A DNA stretch of 24,000 nucleotides from Micropruina sp. (lineage in GTDB: Bacteria; Actinomycetota; Actinomycetes; Propionibacteriales; Propionibacteriaceae): the NCBI GenBank assembly GCA_016711205.1, contig JADJTM010000001.1, forward strand, positions 1,497,894 through 1,521,893. The letters run 5' to 3'. This document shows, piece by piece, positions 19,099 to 24,000 of the stretch; the first letter of the stretch is position 1; every line of letters starts with the position of its first letter. Below the pieces are notes generated by a model, which saw only the letters and a program-made list of their open reading frames with translations, made no database searches and was not told the DNA's origin. Position numbers and translations under genes: made by a program.

Positions 19099-20514
19099 TC
19101 AGCCGGCCGAGTACGGCGCGAGCTCGCCGGCCAGGCCCTGATTCACCCGGGCCAGCACGGCGGTGCCGTCGCCGGTGTGTTCGAGGGTGATGATCTCGCC
19201 ACCGGTGTGGATCTTGTTCAGCAGGTCGCCCCGGTCGTAGGGCAGCAGCACGCGCACCTCGACCGCCGGGCGCGGCAGCCGCTGCTCGATGCGCGCCCTC
19301 AGATCGTCCATGCCCTCGCCGGTGCGGGCCGACACGAACACCGCGTCCGGATACTGGCTGCGCAGCACGGTGAGCGCGTCGGGTTCGGCCCGGTCGATCT
19401 TGTTGATCACGAGTTGCTCGGCGACCTCAGCCGCTCCGATCTCGCCCAGCACGGTACGCACAGCCCGGATCTGGCCCTGCGGGTCGGGGTCGGAGCCGTC
19501 CACGATGTGCAGCAGCAGGTCGGCCAGCACCGACTCCTCGAGCGTGGAGCGGAACGCCTCGACCAGGTCGTGCGGCAGGTGCCGGACGAAACCCACCGTG
19601 TCGGTGAGCGTGTAGACCCGTCCGTCGGACGCCTCGGAACGACGCGTGGTCGGGTCGAGGGTGGCGAACAGCGCGTCTTCGACCAGCACGCCCGCACCGG
19701 TCAGCCGGTTCAGCAACGACGACTTGCCGGCATTGGTGTAGCCGACGATCGCCACGGACGGCACCTCGTTGCGTTGCCGCTCCTGGCGCTTGGTGGCGCG
19801 CACCTCGTCCATCTCGCGCAGCCGCTTGCGCAGCACCGAGATGCGGGTGCGGATGCGACGCCGGTCGGTCTCGATCTTGGTCTCGCCGGGGCCGCGGCCA
19901 CCGATGCCGGCGCCACCGGCGGCGCGTCCACCGGCCTGCCGGGACAGGTTGCCGCCCCACCCACGCAGCCGTTGGCGCAGGTACTGCAGCTGGGCGAGCT
20001 CGACCTGGGCCTTGCCCTCCGCACTCTTGGCGTGCGTGGCGAAGATGTCGAGGATCAGCGCCGTCCGGTCGATCACCTTGACCCGCACCCGATCCTCGAG
20101 GTTGCGCAGCTGGGCGGGCTCGAGTTCGCCGTCGCAGATCACGGTGTCGGCGCCGGTGGCGATCACCACCTCACGCAGCTCGTCCACCTTGCCGCGTCCG
20201 ATGAAGGTGGCCGGGTCGGGGCGGCTGCGACGCTGCACCAGCGCGTCCAGGACCTCGGACCCAGCCGTCTCGGCCAGCAGCCTGAGCTCGGCGACGGCGT
20301 TGTCGATGTCGGTCTGGGTGCCGCTGGTCCAGACGCTGACCAGCACCACCCGCTCGAGCTGCAGGTCGCGGTATTCGACCTCGGTGATGTCGGCCAACTG
20401 GGTGGACATGCCGGCCACCCGGCGCAGCGAGAGCCGCTCGGCCAGTTCGAGCTGGTCGCCGTCGAAATCCTCGACCTCGGGATCCTCGGCGTCGTCATAG
20501 TGAAGATCGGTCAC
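19099..20514 (-). CDS. hflX: Ribosome-associated GTPase HflX
   Basis: HflX N-domain ([32 protein letters not shown]...[12 protein letters not shown]), G1 motif [12 protein letters not shown] and G3 motif DTVGF. GTG start at 20512-20514 is preceded by AAGGTGGA and overlaps the dapF TGA (GTGA overlap). The ORF extension to 20619 lies inside dapF. Confidence 0.93.
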   Translation of the reverse strand: MTDLHYDDAEDPEVEDFDGDQLELAERLSLRRVAGMSTQLADITEVEYRDLQLERVVLVSVWTSGTQTDIDNAVAELRLLAETAGSEVLDALVQRRSRPDPATFIGRGKVDELREVVIATGADTVICDGELEPAQLRNLEDRVRVKVIDRTALILDIFATHAKSAEGKAQVELAQLQYLRQRLRGWGGNLSRQAGGRAAGGAGIGGRGPGETKIETDRRRIRTRISVLRKRLREMDEVRATKRQERQRNEVPSVAIVGYTNAGKSSLLNRLTGAGVLVEDALFATLDPTTRRSEASDGRVYTLTDTVGFVRHLPHDLVEAFRSTLEESVLADLLLHIVDGSDPDPQGQIRAVRTVLGEIGAAEVAEQLVINKIDRAEPDALTVLRSQYPDAVFVSARTGEGMDDLRARIEQRLPRPAVEVRVLLPYDRGDLLNKIHTGGEIITLEHTGDGTAVLARVNQGLAGELAPYSAG

Positions 20515-21320
20515 AGGTCCACCTTGCCACGGGCCACGATCACCGCTGGCCCGGTGAGGTGGGCCTGCTCGGCGGTCAGCTCGACCAACAGCGAGCCGCC
20601 GGGCGGATCGACCCGCCACGAGCCCGTCCGCTCACCCGCCGCCGCCGCGGCCGCCACCGCGGCCGCCACCGTGCCGGTGCCGCACGAGAAGGTCTCGCCC
20701 ACGCCGCGCTCCCACACCCGCATCCGGACGTGGTGCGCACCAACCGGCTCGACGAACTCGATGTTGGCGCGCTGGGGATAGACCTGCGTCGGGTAGCCCG
20801 GCTCGACGCTCAGGTCGATCCCGTCCAGCTCCCCCGGCGCCAGGACGACCGCCGCGTGCGGGTTGCCCACGACGATCACCGCCGCACGAAAGCTGCGTCC
20901 ACCGGCGGTGACCGTGACCGGTTCGGGCGCGAGCGTGGGCAGGCCCATGCTGACCCGAATGTCGCCGTCCGGCAGAAACTCGCCGCGCCGCACACCGGCC
21001 CGGGTGACGATCTCGACCGGCGTGGCCTCGATCAGGCCCTCGGTCTGCAGGTAGCGCAGAAAGACCCGCAGCCCGTTGCCGCACATCTCGGCGATGGACG
21101 CATCCGCGTTGCGGTAGTCCATGAACCAGGCGTCGCCGAACTGCTGATACCCGGGTACGTGCCGGGCTCGGACGGCCCGCAGCGTGCCGTCGCCGCCGAT
21201 GCCTGCCCGCCGGTCGCACAGAAAGCGCAGTTGATCGTCGGTGAGGGTGAGGGCGCCGTCGGGGTCGCTGAGGCAGACGAAGTCGTTCAGCGTGCCGTGT
21301 CCCTTGGCGAAGGCGAGCAT
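20511..21320 (-). CDS. dapF: Diaminopimelate epimerase
   Basis: [15 protein letters not shown] start typical of DapF. Catalytic Cys motifs AEMCGNGLR and [14 protein letters not shown] at 21318-21320. The 97-codon upstream extension of the ORF is not DapF-like. Confidence 0.93.
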   Translation of the reverse strand: MLAFAKGHGTLNDFVCLSDPDGALTLTDDQLRFLCDRRAGIGGDGTLRAVRARHVPGYQQFGDAWFMDYRNADASIAEMCGNGLRVFLRYLQTEGLIEATPVEIVTRAGVRRGEFLPDGDIRVSMGLPTLAPEPVTVTAGGRSFRAAVIVVGNPHAAVVLAPGELDGIDLSVEPGYPTQVYPQRANIEFVEPVGAHHVRMRVWERGVGETFSCGTGTVAAAVAAAAAAGERTGSWRVDPPGGSLLVELTAEQAHLTGPAVIVARGKVDL

Positions 21321-21550
21321 CTGGGAATTGCATCCCACCCGGCACCAATGGTCAAACCGGACGGCTCCATCGGCTGGTCGAGCGTGTGGGCCGGCTGCCG
21401 GGCAGGGGGTTCGACGAACGGCTGTCAGATCGCTGGGCGAGCTTGTCGAGACCGCTGGGCGAGCGATCTCGTCAAGCTCAATCAGCGGTGCTGAAGCTTG
21501 TCGAGACCGCAGCCGACCAATGGTTTCGACAGGACCTCGATCAGCGGCTG

Positions 21551-22480
21551 TCAGACCCACAGGGTGGACGCCAGATGCTCGGCCAGCCCGGGATCGTCCG
21601 CCGGCAACCATTCGATGCGCGGGTCGCGGCGGAACCAGCCCAGCTGCTTTCGGGCGAATCGCCGGGTGGCCGCGGCGGTCTGCTCCTTGGCCTGCTGCTC
21701 GGTCAGCTCACCGTCGAGTTGGGCCAGCGCCTGCCGGTACCCCAGCGCCCGGGACGCCGTCAGTCCGGTCCGCAGGCCTTGGCGCTCCAAAGCGCGCACC
21801 TCGGCCAGCAGCCCGGCGGCCCACATCTGCTCCACTCGGGCGGCGATGCGTTCGTCCAGCACCTCGCGCGGCAGCTCAAGCCCGTACTGGACGACGTCCG
21901 GCAGCGCGTACGCCCACTGCGGCAGACTCGGCGTCCACGACCCGGTGAGTTCGATCACCTCCAGCGCGCGGACGATCCGTCGCCCGTTGTTCGGCTGAAT
22001 CCCGGCCGCGGCCGTGGGCGACAGCTCAGTCAGCCGCTGGTACAGAGTGTCCGCCCCAAGCTCGTCCAGCTCGCCCTCGAGCCGGGCCCGTACCGCTGGA
22101 TCGGTGCCCGGAAAGTCGAACTCGTCGACGATCGCGTGCACGTACAGCGCGGACCCGCCGACCAGGATCGGCACCACCGCGCGAGCACGGCAGTCGGCGA
22201 TCGCCGCGCGGGCCAGCCCTTGGAAGGTGGCCACGGTGGCGGTGTCGGTGACGTTCAGCACGTCGATCAGGTGATGGACGATGCCGCCCCGCTCGGCCGC
22301 AGTCGGCTTGGCGGTGCCGATGTCCATGCCACGGTAGACCAGCATCGAATCGGCGTTCACGATCTCGGCCGGCTGCCCCGCAGCCCGCATTTGCTGCGCG
22401 AGCCGGACCGCCAGGGCGGACTTGCCGCTCGCGGTGGCGCCGTTGAGCACGAGCAGGGCGGGTGTGGACACGCTCGTCAT
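21551..22480 (-). CDS. miaA: tRNA (adenosine37-N6)-dimethylallyltransferase
   Basis: 309 aa. P-loop LVLNGATASGKSALAV, then VNADSMLVYRGMDIGTAKP...HHLID. ATG at 22478-22480. Heads the conserved miaA-dapF-hflX arrangement. Confidence 0.95.
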   Translation of the reverse strand: MTSVSTPALLVLNGATASGKSALAVRLAQQMRAAGQPAEIVNADSMLVYRGMDIGTAKPTAAERGGIVHHLIDVLNVTDTATVATFQGLARAAIADCRARAVVPILVGGSALYVHAIVDEFDFPGTDPAVRARLEGELDELGADTLYQRLTELSPTAAAGIQPNNGRRIVRALEVIELTGSWTPSLPQWAYALPDVVQYGLELPREVLDERIAARVEQMWAAGLLAEVRALERQGLRTGLTASRALGYRQALAQLDGELTEQQAKEQTAAATRRFARKQLGWFRRDPRIEWLPADDPGLAEHLASTLWV

Positions 22481-22586
22481 TCTGCCTCAGCGCTACCGGT
22501 CACGAACCTCTTGGATTGGTTCGCGCAAAGGAGTAAGAATGGTCGTGAGCCGGATGACTCCGGAACTGCGAGCGAAAGGAGGCCGA

Positions 22587-22781
22587 ATGGGATTCGTCGA
22601 CAAGGTCAAGGACGCGTTGACCGGCCACGAGAGCCAGGTTGAAGGGGCCATCGACAAGGGTGGTGACTTCGTGGACTCGAAGACGGGCGGCACCTACGCG
22701 AGCCAGGTCGATCAGGGTCAGGACTTCCTGAAGGATCAATTGCGGCCGGCCTCCGGCACTCCGGAACAGCCGCAGAGCTGA
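22587..22781 (+). CDS. Small MT0933-like / Rv0909-type 'antitoxin' family (CsbD-like) protein
   Basis: 64 aa: MGFVDKVKDALTGHESQVEGAIDKGGDFVDSKTGGTYASQVDQGQDFLKDQL.... ATG at 22587 lies 4 nt after AAGGAGG (22576-22582). The pattern MGF.DK.KD......v...iDK.gD.vd.KTGGKY is recalled from that family. Confidence 0.75.
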   Translation: MGFVDKVKDALTGHESQVEGAIDKGGDFVDSKTGGTYASQVDQGQDFLKDQLRPASGTPEQPQS

Positions 22782-22816
22782 TCGGCGGGATCTTTCGAAC
22801 GAACTAGCGTTCTAGC

Positions 22817-22850
22817 GGATGGGGTCGGGCTGCAGAGCCCGGCCCCATCC
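22817..22850 (+). terminator. Hairpin downstream of the MT0933-like gene (probable intrinsic terminator)
   Basis: GGATGGGGTCGGGCT-gcag-AGCCCGGCCCCATCC: a 15-bp stem with one T/G wobble position and a 4-nt loop, 36 nt after the stop codon. No U-tract. Confidence 0.6.
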
Positions 22851-23087
22851 TCCATGTTCGGACGCGCCCGGTGCGGACCTCGGCGGCGACCCCGACCCCC
22901 TGCCACATCGGCACGCGGGCGGTCGTCCGCACGCGGGTGCCGGCCAGGATTGCCCCGGCACGGGCGGACGTGGGTCGGTAGACGCGATTTCCCGACCGGG
23001 ATGGCACCGGCACCGGTGACCGTGGGTGGATGGGTACGCGAGTCCCTCGCCACCCGGTCTGCTGGTTGGCTGACCGGCGGACGAGGG

Positions 23088-23545
23088 GGTTCGGACGGAT
23101 CGGCGCCCCCGGTTGTCCGAAACGGTGCCTGTTGTCGAGTCGCGTCCATGTTGTCGCGTTACAACGCGAAAGCGCGTACCCAACGTGACAGCAGACACCG
23201 CTGCTGAGAACGCACCGGCCGCGCACCGGTCGGACGGGCGTCCAATGCCACTGGTTAACCGGTGGTCGCTGAGTCCGGACGGATCGGTGTCCCCGTTGTC
23301 CGCAACGGCCGCGCACCGGTCGGACGGGCGTCATGTGCCACTGGCTCACCCGGTGAGCGCTGAGTCCGGACGGATCGGTGTCCCCGTTGTCCGCAACGGT
23401 GCCTGTTGTCGGGTTGCGTCCATGTTGTCGCGTCATAACGCGAAAGCCTGTACCCAGGGTGACAGCAGACACCGCTGCTGAGAACGCGCCGGACGCGCCG
23501 GACTCACCGGACACGCACCGGTCCGACGGACGTCCAGTGCTCGGT
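23088..23545. repeat. Nested modular repeat array (modules X-Y-Z / X-Z / X-Y-Z'), non-coding
   Basis: Module X is 41 nt, GCTGAGTCCGGACGGATCGGTGTCCCCGTTGTCCGCAACGG. It is identical at 23268-23308 and 23359-23399, with a degenerate copy at 23088-23125. Module Y is 93 nt (23126-23218 and 23400-23492) with 9 mismatches by hand alignment. Module Z opens with CCGCGCACCGGTCGGACGGGCGTC at 23219-23273 and 23309-23358 (its 3' GCTGAG tail overlaps the start of the next module X), with a diverged copy at 23493-23545. Each module contains short GC-rich hairpins. Confidence 0.9.
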
Positions 23546-23560
23546 GTCCTGTTCCTGTTC

Positions 23561-23722
23561 ACGCCGATGCCCGTGAGCGGGAATGCGGAACCGTCCCCGA
23601 TTCCCGCTCACCCGACGCCGATGCCCGTGAGCAGGAATGCGGAACCGTCCCCAAATCCCGCTCACTAAACGCCGATCCCCGTGAGCAGGAATGCGGAACC
23701 GTCCCCAATTCCCGCTCACCCG
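23561..23722. repeat. Three tandem 54-bp units, each a hairpin with a C-rich loop
   Basis: Units are 23561-23614, 23615-23668 and 23669-23722, with a fourth unit just beginning at 23723. Unit 1 is GTGAGCGGGAAT (23573-23584), loop gcggaaccgtccccg, then ATTCCCGCTCAC (23600-23611). Units 2 and 3 carry one or a few stem mismatches. The array starts 14 nt beyond the LysR stop. Confidence 0.95.
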
Positions 23723-23735
23723 ACGCCGGACGGGC

Positions 23736-24000
23736 TCAGAGCGGCTGTCGATACCGTTCCCTGACGAAGGCGCGCAACCGCCCCACCAGAACCCTGAGCT
23801 GGGTTGCTCCGTGGTGCTGCGGCTGCCAGGCCGCGTACAACTCGATGCGCAGCAGCCGACCAGAGCCGGTGAGCACCCGCAGCTGGACGAGGTCGTAGCG
23901 CGGATCGTCCGATACCACGGCGATGCCACGTCCGGCCGCGGCGATCGCCTGCGCCACCTGGGACGAGCTGAACTCGATCAGTTGCACCGGCAGCCGGTCG
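23736..24000 (-). CDS. LysR-family transcriptional regulator, C-terminal part only (5' end beyond the window)
   Basis: The frame is open to the window edge (...DRLPVQLIEFSSSQVAQAIAAAGRGIAVVSDDPRYDLVQLRVL...LYAAWQP...). This resembles the C-terminal substrate-binding domain of LysR regulators. Stop at 23736-23738. Confidence 0.6.
   Translation of the reverse strand, partial: DRLPVQLIEFSSSQVAQAIAAAGRGIAVVSDDPRYDLVQLRVLTGSGRLLRIELYAAWQPQHHGATQLRVLVGRLRAFVRERYRQPL

Noticed and set aside
19084-20781. 565-aa + strand ORF antisense to hflX, and 21386-22642 (+) antisense to miaA
   Set aside because: Shadow ORFs with no motifs. hflX and miaA on the - strand have GTPase and P-loop signatures and conserved operon order.
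21401-21425. tRNA-like T-arm (GGGGGTTCGACGAAC), and a similar string at 23085
   Set aside because: There is no matching acceptor stem, anticodon arm or D-arm around either site. These are isolated GGTTCGA-like strings only.
22502-22524. Inverted repeat CGAACC-N9-GGTTCG between miaA and the MT0933-like gene, considered as a third SOS box
   Set aside because: The half-site spacing (9 nt) is incompatible with the N4 LexA operator. It may be another regulator's site, but there is no further support.
23148-23207. Mini-ORF MLSRYNAKARTQRDSRHRC in module Y, with a second copy MLSRHNAKACTQGDSRHRC at 23421-23480
   Set aside because: The two copies differ by three non-synonymous changes (Y/H, R/C, R/G) and no synonymous ones. 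There is no SD. The sequence is better explained by the conserved hairpins.
22804-23562. 252-aa - strand ORF, plus the 117-, 122-, 128- and 137-aa ORFs across the repeat region
   Set aside because: They stay open only because of GC richness and repetition. The translations are Arg/Pro/Cys/Trp-rich, the repeats appear in different frames in different copies, and there is no SD or start context.
23088-23722. Possible CRISPR array
   Set aside because: The 'spacers' are themselves repeated modules, spacing is irregular (91 and 183 bp, then 54 bp), the repeat units differ in sequence class, and there are no cas genes in the window.
23561-23722. An 18-aa tandem peptide repeat encoded by the 54-bp units (period divisible by 3)
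   Set aside because: Both strands are equally open and there is no start codon or SD. The units are self-complementary hairpins, and the segment lies between two convergent stop codons.

Overview
This window is a GC-rich (roughly 70% by eye) chromosomal core segment of an actinobacterium. I support 20 protein-coding genes (one truncated by the window edge) plus one frameshifted pseudogene. I found no rRNA, tRNA, CRISPR array, transposase or integrase.

Gene content, left to right:
- phosphoketolase (xfp)
- a two-domain YbjN/TY-Chap-like protein
- an AEC-family transporter
- a membrane acyltransferase
- a DedA/VTT membrane protein
- a DUF2786 gene broken by about three frameshifts
- an MDR-family oxidoreductase
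- the nrdR-nrdJ operon (class II, B12-dependent ribonucleotide reductase)
- a small SOS-box-controlled membrane protein divergent from lexA
- a DUF167 protein
- a Na/Pi cotransporter
- a DinG-like Fe-S helicase
- the miaA-dapF-hflX operon
- a small MT0933-like 'antitoxin'-family protein
- the 3' end of a LysR regulator

The order nrdR / SOS membrane protein / lexA ... hflX-dapF-miaA matches the M. tuberculosis Rv2718c-Rv2727c neighbourhood, so the coding content is mostly ordinary housekeeping. I do not see a convincing new multi-gene system.

The unusual material is non-coding or decayed:
1. A CDS-free convergent intergenic region of about 950 bp (22782-23735). It holds a nested modular repeat array and three tandem 54-bp hairpin units.
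2. A 14-nt core, GGAACCGTCCCCAA, shared by those hairpin units and a perfect 24-bp-arm palindrome 4.5 kb away (18970-19025).
3. A 22-bp tandem array upstream of xfp.
4. A cluster of DnaA-box-like repeats interleaved with putative NrdR boxes in the nrdRJ leader.
5. An orphan SOS-like box at 22799-22814.
6. Two loci (DUF2786, and the region downstream of the SOS membrane protein) where the coding signal jumps between frames.

All calls come from reading the sequence and recalling protein families. No database search was run.
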